The position numbers and the translations under genes were made by a program. A stretch of DNA of 19,048 bases from a virus: the IMG/VR virus record IMGVR_UViG_3300045988_020190, positions 1-19,048 of that record. One strand, given 5' to 3'. Shown here piece after piece: positions 1 through 6,036 of the stretch. Position 1 is the stretch's first letter. Every line of letters starts with the position of its first letter. Below the pieces are notes generated by a model, which saw only the letters and a program-made list of their open reading frames with translations, was not told where the DNA came from and did not search any database.

Positions 1-119
1 TAACTGGGTTAATTCATGTTGTCTAATTATCTGTAAGTTACGGTTACGTAACCGTAGCTTACCGACCGGTAGGTAGGTGTGTTTTAATATTCTGCGTTCG
101 TTTGTTTTCGGGCGTGTCG
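1..119. repeat. Left inverted terminal repeat (ITR)
   Basis: Bases 1-119 are the exact reverse complement of 18930-19048. After 3 mismatches (120-122), identity resumes for 123-137 versus 18912-18926. Confidence 0.95.
33..62. repeat. 30-bp near-perfect palindrome inside the ITR (mirrored at 18987-19016)
   Basis: GTAAG-T-TACGGTTACGTAACCGTA-G-CTTAC. The core at 39-56 is a perfect 18-bp palindrome. The flanking 5-bp arms pair, apart from one T/G position (38/57). Confidence 0.9.
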
Positions 120-131
120 CCGTTTTGTTTG

Positions 132-140
132 TGTTATGAT
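132..140 (+). promoter_or_regulatory. Candidate left-end early promoter (extended -10 TGtTATGAT)
   Basis: TG at 132-133 and TATGAT at 135-140, about 30 nt upstream of the first ATG (171). The motif lies in the imperfect inner part of the ITR. A matching motif occupies the mirror position at the right end. Confidence 0.4.
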
Positions 141-170
141 GAAAAATATCGACTACAAGGGAGGTAAATA

Positions 171-413
171 ATGGAAAGTTATAAGCAAATCGCAGAGGAA
201 GCGGGTGTTAGCATCGAGGAGGTGCGGGAATTGATGGCGCACGCTTGCGTTAAAAGGACTGAGATTCCATATTATCGTACTACCAAAGATGGGCGTAAGG
301 TGGATGCAGTTGAGGTGTTTTATACCGTTTGCGCTAGGTATTGTCGCCCTGTTGTCGTTTTGGGGACTGGCGACACTATCGCAGAAGCGGTATCCAACGC
401 CTTAACTCACTGA
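171..413 (+). CDS. Early hypothetical protein (80 aa) with an HTH-like N-terminus
   Basis: Strong RBS, CAAGGGAGGTAAATA-ATG. The N-terminal YKQIAEEAGVSIEEVRELM resembles a helix-turn-helix. The C-terminal LGTGDTIAEAVSNAL resembles the HicB/UPF0150-type G-x-T-x-x-E-A motif, but the match is weak. Confidence 0.7.
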   Translation: MESYKQIAEEAGVSIEEVRELMAHACVKRTEIPYYRTTKDGRKVDAVEVFYTVCARYCRPVVVLGTGDTIAEAVSNALTH

Positions 414-428
414 TTGGAGGTAGATAAA

Positions 429-662
429 ATGAACACCATTATCGCTATTGTTTGGGCGCGTGATTGGGTTGTGGTTTCTTTTACTGATATTGCGAATATT
501 TATACGTTTAGTCTTGGTGAGGTTACTACCTTGAGTGAGGCAAAAGCTCGCATTCGTCGAATGATGCTCAGGCAGTATGGTATTACGCTTTCTCGCATGA
601 AGTTTGAAAAGTCTATTAACGATATTGACTATTACCGCTCTAGCCGTGTTGAGGAGGTCTGA
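429..662 (+). CDS. Early hypothetical protein (77 aa)
   Basis: GGAGG at 416-420, 8 nt before ATG 429. The track's TTG start at 414 has no RBS. The stop is 1 nt before the next gene's start. Confidence 0.65.
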   Translation: MNTIIAIVWARDWVVVSFTDIANIYTFSLGEVTTLSEAKARIRRMMLRQYGITLSRMKFEKSINDIDYYRSSRVEEV

Positions 663-663
663 C

Positions 664-894
664 ATGTGGTATTTTATCATTACCAACGATGGATTTCAGG
701 TGTTTGAGATCATGCCTGATTGCGTGAAGCCTAGCGGCATGTTCCTTACGGCGTCTTTGAAATCCTCATTGGACGGCGTGCTGTCTTATATCAAAAAAAT
801 GTACGCCGATGTGGACGTGGATGTGAATATCGATAATGCCACGTTTGACATGGATAGTACCATGGTTGGCGTAGTTCGAGTGTCTTTGGTTTAG
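664..894 (+). CDS. Early hypothetical protein (76 aa)
   Basis: GAGGAGG at 651-657 precedes ATG 664. The track start at 604 would overlap the upstream gene. Confidence 0.65.
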   Translation: MWYFIITNDGFQVFEIMPDCVKPSGMFLTASLKSSLDGVLSYIKKMYADVDVDVNIDNATFDMDSTMVGVVRVSLV

Positions 895-906
895 AAGGGG
901 CTACTT

Positions 907-1107
907 ATGTTTTGCGTAATACAGTTTGTTCTTTGCTTAGCGGGTTTTGTTGGCTGTTTGGCTGCCATTTGTTTGATGATATTGGTATGTAAAGAGGTTT
1001 GGCCATGTAGTGTTTGGGAGGTTTTATTTCTTGCTTTTTGTGGGATTGTGCTGTGTGCATGCGCTGTCCTGTTCGTGCTTTTAAGTATGGTGGAAATTAT
1101 AGTCTGA
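907..1107 (+). CDS. Small cysteine-rich membrane protein (66 aa, two predicted TM segments)
   Basis: AAGGGG RBS upstream of ATG 907. The sequence is almost entirely hydrophobic, with 10 Cys in 66 residues. Confidence 0.6.
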   Translation: MFCVIQFVLCLAGFVGCLAAICLMILVCKEVWPCSVWEVLFLAFCGIVLCACAVLFVLLSMVEIIV

Positions 1108-1124
1108 TAGGTGGTGCTGGTATT

Positions 1125-1364
1125 GTGGAATGGCATTATTTTACTGTTTTTGACGAGTATCTAGGGATGGAGCAGAGGTTTCGTTGGCGTGAGGCGTTGT
1201 GTGATTTTAGTGGGTTCGGTGGGGTTGATTACCGATTCCAACTGTATTGTGGAATGTGTGGTAAGTGGGATTCTATCGCAGATTTTATCGACTTGGACGA
1301 CGGTATTAAGTACTGCCATGATTATGATTTTAGGTATTTTTATAGAGATTTTCATGTGTTCTGA
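1125..1364 (+). CDS. Early hypothetical protein with CxxC...CH motifs; start uncertain (GTG 1125 or ATG 1167)
   Basis: This frame stays open from 1014 to 1364 in a T-rich region. AGGTGG at 1109-1114 lies 10 nt before GTG 1125. ATG 1167 has no good RBS. The protein contains YCGMCGKW and KYCHDY. Confidence 0.4.
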   Translation: MEWHYFTVFDEYLGMEQRFRWREALCDFSGFGGVDYRFQLYCGMCGKWDSIADFIDLDDGIKYCHDYDFRYFYRDFHVF

Positions 1365-1373
1365 GGTGTTATA

Positions 1374-1541
1374 ATGGTTGGCATGATTGTTGCTGTCTGC
1401 ATTCTTTCCGTGCTGTTTCTCACGATGGCCGCTACGGTGTTTTGCGAGTTGCCGCGTGATTGGCGTGATACGTTTTGTTTTTTGGTCATGCTTACAGTAA
1501 GTGTGGCTATGGTTTTGATTTTTGTAGTGAAAGGTTTTTGA
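1374..1541 (+). CDS. Small membrane protein (55 aa, two TM segments); below the ORF-track size cutoff
   Basis: GAGGTG at 1363-1368 precedes ATG 1374. My translation is MVGMIVAVCILSVLFLTMAATVFCELPRDWRDTFCFLVMLTVSVAMVLIFVVKGF. The stop at 1539-1541 is 1 nt before the next ATG. Confidence 0.55.
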   Translation: MVGMIVAVCILSVLFLTMAATVFCELPRDWRDTFCFLVMLTVSVAMVLIFVVKGF

Positions 1542-1542
1542 A

Positions 1543-1788
1543 ATGGCTGAACATGATATGAAGGTTGCTACGTTTTTCTCGCAGTTTGTGGGGGGTAATG
1601 TGGAATTGTGGTATTGTCCTCTCGGCCAGCGGTATGAGTTGAGGTATGCCGTCCGATTTCGCACTCTAGCTGGGGTTTGCAATGCGACTGCATTGTGTGC
1701 GTATGATGCGGGTGATGGCAGTCAGGTAGTTGATCTTATGCTGGACGCTATCGATATCGCACGTACGCCATTATTGGATAGGGATTAG
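1543..1788 (+). CDS. Early hypothetical protein (81 aa)
   Basis: Fills the gap exactly between neighbouring genes. Weak AAAGG RBS. Confidence 0.55.
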   Translation: MAEHDMKVATFFSQFVGGNVELWYCPLGQRYELRYAVRFRTLAGVCNATALCAYDAGDGSQVVDLMLDAIDIARTPLLDRD

Positions 1789-1790
1789 TC

Positions 1791-1994
1791 ATGTATTTTC
1801 GTGGTTGGCTCCATTCGTGGACTTGCAAGGACTGTTCTTATGCTGACACGTATTGGCGGTTGAGAGCGTTCTGGGCGGGGGTGGAACGTAAGGGTGATGC
1901 TTTTACGCCGCCGAAACGGTGCCCAAGTACGGATTTATGGTTTGACATGTGGTGGTTTGGTGCCGAGTCCGGTAATGATGGATTGGAGTTTTAG
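1791..1994 (+). CDS. Early hypothetical protein (67 aa), Trp-rich with a CxxC motif
   Basis: AGGGA RBS. The ATG is 2 nt after the upstream stop. Contains WTCKDCSY plus a later Cys. Confidence 0.55.
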   Translation: MYFRGWLHSWTCKDCSYADTYWRLRAFWAGVERKGDAFTPPKRCPSTDLWFDMWWFGAESGNDGLEF

Positions 1995-1996
1995 TC

Positions 1997-2173
1997 ATGT
2001 ATGAAACGTTTGTCGCGTTAGCCTATCTGAGACATGGCGATAAACCCCCTATCGAAGTGGGGTATGCCACCTCATACGATGAGGCGGCTGAGTTGGTGCG
2101 CAAGTGGGCGGCGGTACCCTCGCATGTGCGAAACATTGCATATTTTAGAGTGGAAAGGCGTTATTATGTTTAA
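1997..2173 (+). CDS. Early hypothetical protein (58 aa); below the ORF-track size cutoff
   Basis: GGAG at 1984-1987 precedes ATG 1997. My translation is MYETFVALAYLRHGDKPPIEVGYATSYDEAAELVRKWAAVPSHVRNIAYFRVERRYYV. Its stop overlaps the next start (ATGTTTAA). Confidence 0.55.
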   Translation: MYETFVALAYLRHGDKPPIEVGYATSYDEAAELVRKWAAVPSHVRNIAYFRVERRYYV

Positions 2174-2684
2174 CCGTGGCAATGATCGTACGCCGATTTA
2201 TCGTATGCGCCGGTTTGATGATGCGATCATGGAATCATCCCGTGTCGTCAAGGCTACGGGGGGTCGAAAACGCGAACTGAACTTGAAGCGTTATGATATG
2301 GGGTACGGGGATTATGAGACATGTTGCCGTGCGGTCAACATGTTGTGTGAACTGTGGCGGGAATCGCCTAGCGAATGGTTTACGCAAGCGGTGATTACCG
2401 TCTCGCAGATTTGCGGTAGTCTGACCATATGGGATGGACTCGCCGCCGCCCTGTCCCGCACGTATGATGTAGAATATTTGGACGGCACTGTGAATCCGCC
2501 TAATCTGATTGCATGGTGCGCGGTCTGCGCCGTCAAAGGGGGCACATCGTACGATTGTTGCACGATTTTTAACAGTCCACAGGCTCAGAATTTGATCATT
2601 GCCGTGTTTAAAAATTTTGACAGACTGGACACGATACGATACAATGATGAAGACTTGCAAAAAATCTTACTACAAGGGAGGTAA
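2166..2684 (+). CDS. Early hypothetical protein (172 aa), Cys-rich
   Basis: GAAAGG RBS before ATG 2166, overlapping the previous stop in a translational-coupling arrangement. The track start at 2034 would overlap the upstream gene in another frame. Confidence 0.65.
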   Translation: MFNRGNDRTPIYRMRRFDDAIMESSRVVKATGGRKRELNLKRYDMGYGDYETCCRAVNMLCELWRESPSEWFTQAVITVSQICGSLTIWDGLAAALSRTYDVEYLDGTVNPPNLIAWCAVCAVKGGTSYDCCTIFNSPQAQNLIIAVFKNFDRLDTIRYNDEDLQKILLQGR

Positions 2685-2687
2685 AAA

Positions 2688-3002
2688 TTGGCTAGAACCA
2701 AAACCGATATTTTTCGCACACGGGTATATGCCGTACTCAAGGGCATGGAATTGGTGGACGGCGATTTTATGGAAGCTGAGCACGTTATCGACGGGCGTCT
2801 TAAGGATACCCGTGCGTATTCGATTCGTGCAAAGAAATTGTTTCCAAACTTCATTCCATGTTCCATCAATATTTTCTCGCAAAAAGTCTCCATGAATGAG
2901 GAAACTTTTTACAAGTATGCGACTTTCGAGGAGCCGCAAGAATGGAAACCCGAAGAACACACAAAACGACACGCCGAAATTGAAAATAATGACGGCATGT
3001 GA
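2688..3002 (+). CDS. Putative phi29 p6-like double-stranded DNA-binding (histone-like) protein, 104 aa, TTG start
   Basis: Strong RBS AAGGGAGGT 5 nt before TTG 2688. The gene sits immediately upstream of the SSB, as phi29 gene 6 does. It has the same length as p6 as I recall it (104 aa) and an acidic C-terminal tail (EEPQEWKPEEHTKRHAEIENND). By-eye similarity to remembered p6 includes MVDGEV vs LVDGDF and PVEKFLEVAT vs NEETFYKYAT. Confidence 0.35.
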   Translation: MARTKTDIFRTRVYAVLKGMELVDGDFMEAEHVIDGRLKDTRAYSIRAKKLFPNFIPCSINIFSQKVSMNEETFYKYATFEEPQEWKPEEHTKRHAEIENNDGM

Positions 3003-3008
3003 TATAAA
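3000..3008 (+). promoter_or_regulatory. Candidate promoter (extended -10 TGaTATAAA) upstream of the SSB gene
   Basis: CATGTGATATAA at 2996-3007 is identical to the 12-mer at 16319-16330. It overlaps the stop codon of the upstream gene. Confidence 0.4.
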
Positions 3009-3067
3009 AGATTTTAGGCATAAGCCTGAAAACAAAAAACAATAACCATAAGGGAAGGTAAAATATT

Positions 3068-3502
3068 ATGGAAAACACCAACACCGCACTTGTCGCATTC
3101 AACACCGAATCCACCGAACTCGGTACCGTCCAGCACTTCATCGACACTTCCACCCGTGAAGGCAAAATCAAGCTCTACTCGGCATTGCAGAACGCCGAAA
3201 AGCTCGACGAACACCTCAACGAAACCCTGAACATGGTGAACGCCGTCGCACAGGCCGTACAGGTGACGGACGATCAGACCGGGGAAATCTCCAACACCGT
3301 GCGCGTCATCATCGTAACCGACGACAACAAGGCGTATGCGGCCACCTCCCCGACTCTCGCGGCCGGCTTGAATACCATGTTTGGTATCTTCGGAACCCCG
3401 AACACTTGGGACGCACCCCTCGCTATCAAGGTGGTGGAACGCCGCTCCCGCCGTGGCTTCAAGTTTTTCAGCATCGAGCCGGTGGACGAAGAGACGAAGT
3501 GA
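3068..3502 (+). CDS. phi29 p5-like single-stranded DNA-binding protein (144 aa)
   Basis: Strong RBS AAGGGAAGGT. The codon usage is C-ending, suggesting high expression. It starts MENTN like remembered phi29 p5. The C-terminal LAIKVVERRSRRGFKFFSIE matches p5 FKVKVVQGTSSKGNVFFSLQ, and YAATSPTLA matches YSAISKTVA. The position upstream of the TP and DNAP genes also fits. Confidence 0.65.
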   Translation: MENTNTALVAFNTESTELGTVQHFIDTSTREGKIKLYSALQNAEKLDEHLNETLNMVNAVAQAVQVTDDQTGEISNTVRVIIVTDDNKAYAATSPTLAAGLNTMFGIFGTPNTWDAPLAIKVVERRSRRGFKFFSIEPVDEETK

Positions 3503-3505
3503 CCT

Positions 3506-3514
3506 TGCTATAAT
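3506..3514 (+). promoter_or_regulatory. Candidate promoter (extended -10 TGcTATAAT)
   Basis: A perfect TATAAT at 3509-3514 with TG at 3506-3507, in the SSB-TP intergenic region. Confidence 0.4.
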
Positions 3515-3536
3515 CGTTAAGTAGCGTTCGTTCATT

Positions 3537-3562
3537 GAGAGCACCCAACTTTGGGTGCTCTC
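3537..3562 (+). promoter_or_regulatory. 11-bp stem-loop in the SSB-TP intergenic region (weak terminator or 5' UTR structure)
   Basis: GAGAGCACCCA-ACTT-TGGGTGCTCTC with no U-tract after it. It lies downstream of the -10-like element and upstream of the TP gene RBS (AAGGGG). Confidence 0.5.
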
Positions 3563-3583
3563 GCCATCTTAAAGGGGTGCGCT

Positions 3584-4546
3584 ATGTCTCGCAGTCGAAA
3601 ACAGAAGCATGTCAAGGCACGCCAAGCCGCACAGGCACGTGCCGCCCGTAACATCAAACAACTCGGCTCCTATTCTCACTCGAATCTCGCGAAAACCGCC
3701 GACAAACAGCTTGTCAATATTGCGAAAACCTTGGGGAAGGAGTGGGAGCGGCAGAAGAAACAGGCCATAGCGGACGCGAAAGCCACGCCCTATCATGCTA
3801 CTGCTGTGGAAAAGCCGACGAAAAAAGACATCATGTTTGCCCAGCGCACACCGATCACGGACGCGCAAATCGCCGCAGAACCGGTGGCGAAAAGACGCAA
3901 ACTGCTGAGACAGCAGCAGCGGAAGATCAATGCGGCACGGCAGAAAATCAACGATTGGAACCGCGAACAGGCCATGCCAAAACGTAGCGTGTATGATCAG
4001 CGCATGGCAGAACTTGAAGGCACTACGGGAGAGGGTTTTGGACGTAACCAAATCATCCCCTCCAAGCTTACGGACTTTTTGCAAATGACCAACGTGCTGA
4101 GCGATGAAGCATTCGTGCGCAGCCAATTGGAGAGCGGACACCGCAACGAGCTGCGGGAGCAATTGCATGATGCCGCCGAAATCTTGGGCTTGCGCACCGA
4201 ACGGAAACGCGAACCTTCCAAAAAGCGGGGTAAGCAAAGTAAGGACTTGTACGGCGAACATGAGTGGCCGTCCTACATGTCGCGCGGACGTTATGAAGTC
4301 TTTGAAAAAATTCTCGCCACCACGTTAGGGTCGAAACGGTTGAAACGATTCCGTAGTCTATCCAAAGCGCAAAAACGCGCGTTTATCGAACAGACGGACG
4401 CCCCCCGTATCGTGTTCGATTGGACGGTGTATGACCCCGTCCGGCACGGTTTTGCTTCGGTGTTCCGAGACAATAGTGAGGGGTATCAGCGTTCGCGTCG
4501 GCAGTTTGACCGGTGGTTGGCGGAAGCGGGCGCACTGGAAAAGTAG
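3584..4546 (+). CDS. Putative terminal protein (320 aa)
   Basis: AAGGGG RBS before ATG 3584; the track start at 3551 lies inside the hairpin. The gene is directly upstream of the protein-primed DNAP, as phi29 gene 3 is. The protein is very basic and Lys/Arg/Gln-rich. I recognised no sequence motif, so the call rests on synteny and composition only. Confidence 0.5.
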   Translation: MSRSRKQKHVKARQAAQARAARNIKQLGSYSHSNLAKTADKQLVNIAKTLGKEWERQKKQAIADAKATPYHATAVEKPTKKDIMFAQRTPITDAQIAAEPVAKRRKLLRQQQRKINAARQKINDWNREQAMPKRSVYDQRMAELEGTTGEGFGRNQIIPSKLTDFLQMTNVLSDEAFVRSQLESGHRNELREQLHDAAEILGLRTERKREPSKKRGKQSKDLYGEHEWPSYMSRGRYEVFEKILATTLGSKRLKRFRSLSKAQKRAFIEQTDAPRIVFDWTVYDPVRHGFASVFRDNSEGYQRSRRQFDRWLAEAGALEK

Positions 4547-4574
4547 AGATTGAAAACAAGGGAAGTTATATACT

Positions 4575-6029
4575 ATGACAGTGGGCGGCGATAGCAGAGT
4601 TGGATTATGGTGCGCGGATAATGTCATACGATTCACGGACGGTACCGTACTACGTGACATTACCGCACCTAATCGCCTTTTGGCGTCCATCATGACGGGC
4701 GGCAAACTCACCGTCTACCTGACTGACCCCGACATTTTAAACCCGTTTATCGCTCACGTCGTGCATTCGCTCCCCCATAACGAACACAACTCGAATCTGA
4801 GCTGGGATGCGATAGTATCCAAAAAAGGCAAGTTTTTTAGTTTTACGGCGCGGATTGACCGAGAGAATTCCGCTCGTTTTTTCGATATATCGAATCTCTT
4901 GCGGGAAAACTGCCGTCTCACCATGTCTGACACTCAACTGCTCAATATTCTGCGCGAATACGATAATCGTGGTTTGTGCAAGATCACAGCGGGAGGCGCA
5001 AGTATGGAGGCGTTCGCGTCCGGCGAGTGGAAATGGTATTACGACAAATTCCCACAACTTGACTTGGATACGAAAAAATCATTGCATGACGCCTATATCG
5101 GCGGATTCATGCTAGCAAGAGAAGGGGCGTATGACAAGGCTATCGACGTTGACTGCAACTCAATGTATCCCAGTATCTTGCGAGATGAGTGGTTGCCGTG
5201 GGGTGAACCGGAACCATACGAAGGCAAATACGAACAAGATGATGATATGCCGTTACATTGTGACGAGCTCACGTTTCGCGCGGAACTCAAGCCGGACGGA
5301 TACCCTTTTCTGTTGGATAATCGTAGTGTGTATGGGTTGAACCGACTCACCAGCACTAGGGGATATATTACAAGAGTGCTCACCGATATTGACCAGCAAC
5401 TTTTATACGACAATTATGAAGTGAGTGTCTACAAGCATGTACGGGGGTGGAAGTTCCGGCAAAGCAAGGGATTTTTCCGTTCGTTCGTGGATGAATGGGG
5501 GGGGTTGAAGCAGAAGGCGACGGGCGAGAAACGACAAATGGCCAAACTCATCATGAATGCCTTAGTAGGCAAAATGGCGAGTCTGCCAAAAGGTGCCGTC
5601 ATGCTCCCGCTATCCAAAGACGGAATAACCTTGGACTGGGATATCGCGCAACGCGAGGAGTCGAACCTGAAAACCGACTATCTGCCCGTGCCGGTATGGG
5701 TCAATGCCTACGCCCGCCGAAAACTTATGACCGTCTGCCACGCCAACTCAGATCGGCTACTATATGCCAATACGGACGGTTGCATATTGAGCGGTTGGGA
5801 ACCCGTACGATCATGCAACATTCACCCAACCGAGCTAGGGAAGTGGAAGATCGCCGCACGATACGAAAAATTGACCATTCTTGGCATGAACCGGTATCAA
5901 GGATGGAGGGAAGACGGGGAAGTTGACGTATGCATGGCCGGAAACATGTTCGCACAGCCCATCCCCTACGAAAAGTTCCGGCATGGAACGCAAGTCATGG
6001 ACGATTACGGAACAGTGGTCATGCTATAA
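4575..6029 (+). CDS. Protein-primed family-B DNA polymerase (phi29 gp2-like), 484 aa
   Basis: Motif A is DVDCNSMYPSIL, motif B is KLIMNALVGK, motif C is YANTDG and a KxY-type motif appears in KWKIAARYEKLTILGMNRY. Long colinear matches to remembered phi29 DNAP include LPWGEPEPYEGKYEQDDDMPLH vs LPYGEPIVFEGKYVWDEDYPLH and FRSFVDEWGGLK vs FKDFIDKWTYIK. Confidence 0.95.
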   Translation: MTVGGDSRVGLWCADNVIRFTDGTVLRDITAPNRLLASIMTGGKLTVYLTDPDILNPFIAHVVHSLPHNEHNSNLSWDAIVSKKGKFFSFTARIDRENSARFFDISNLLRENCRLTMSDTQLLNILREYDNRGLCKITAGGASMEAFASGEWKWYYDKFPQLDLDTKKSLHDAYIGGFMLAREGAYDKAIDVDCNSMYPSILRDEWLPWGEPEPYEGKYEQDDDMPLHCDELTFRAELKPDGYPFLLDNRSVYGLNRLTSTRGYITRVLTDIDQQLLYDNYEVSVYKHVRGWKFRQSKGFFRSFVDEWGGLKQKATGEKRQMAKLIMNALVGKMASLPKGAVMLPLSKDGITLDWDIAQREESNLKTDYLPVPVWVNAYARRKLMTVCHANSDRLLYANTDGCILSGWEPVRSCNIHPTELGKWKIAARYEKLTILGMNRYQGWREDGEVDVCMAGNMFAQPIPYEKFRHGTQVMDDYGTVVML

Positions 6030-6030
6030 T
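6022..6030 (+). promoter_or_regulatory. Candidate promoter (extended -10 TGcTATAAT) overlapping the DNAP stop codon
   Basis: CATGCTATAAT at 6020-6030. The 9-mer is the same as at 3506-3514. It would drive the downstream non-coding interval. Confidence 0.35.
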
Positions 6031-6036
6031 GCCTAT

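Noticed and set aside
152-168. The 17-nt identity ACTACAAGGGAGGTAAA at 152-168 and 2669-2685. Related CAAGGGA(A/G) strings lie upstream of the SSB, DNAP and right-end genes.
   Set aside because: This is best explained as a preferred Shine-Dalgarno context of early genes rather than a mobile or regulatory repeat.
1189-1374. Alternative-frame 61-aa hydrophobic ORF (GTG start) whose stop overlaps ATG 1374 (TAATG).
   Set aside because: T/G-rich DNA gives hydrophobic peptides in any frame. The competing frame is open for 351 nt and encodes a balanced, Asp-rich sequence. The alternative uses many TTA, CTA and ATA codons. It is not excluded and needs ribosome profiling or comparative data.
1367-1375. 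A perfect extended -10 (TGtTATAAT) overlapping the ATG at 1374.
   Set aside because: It sits at a tightly coupled gene junction inside the early operon. A transcript starting here would lack the RBS and start codon of the gene at 1374. It is probably a chance match.
1786-1796. The identical 11-nt junction TAGTCATGTAT at 1786-1796 and 1992-2002; both downstream proteins start MY.
   Set aside because: The match is short and compatible with convergent stop/restart coupling signals. The flanking sequences and encoded proteins show no further similarity.
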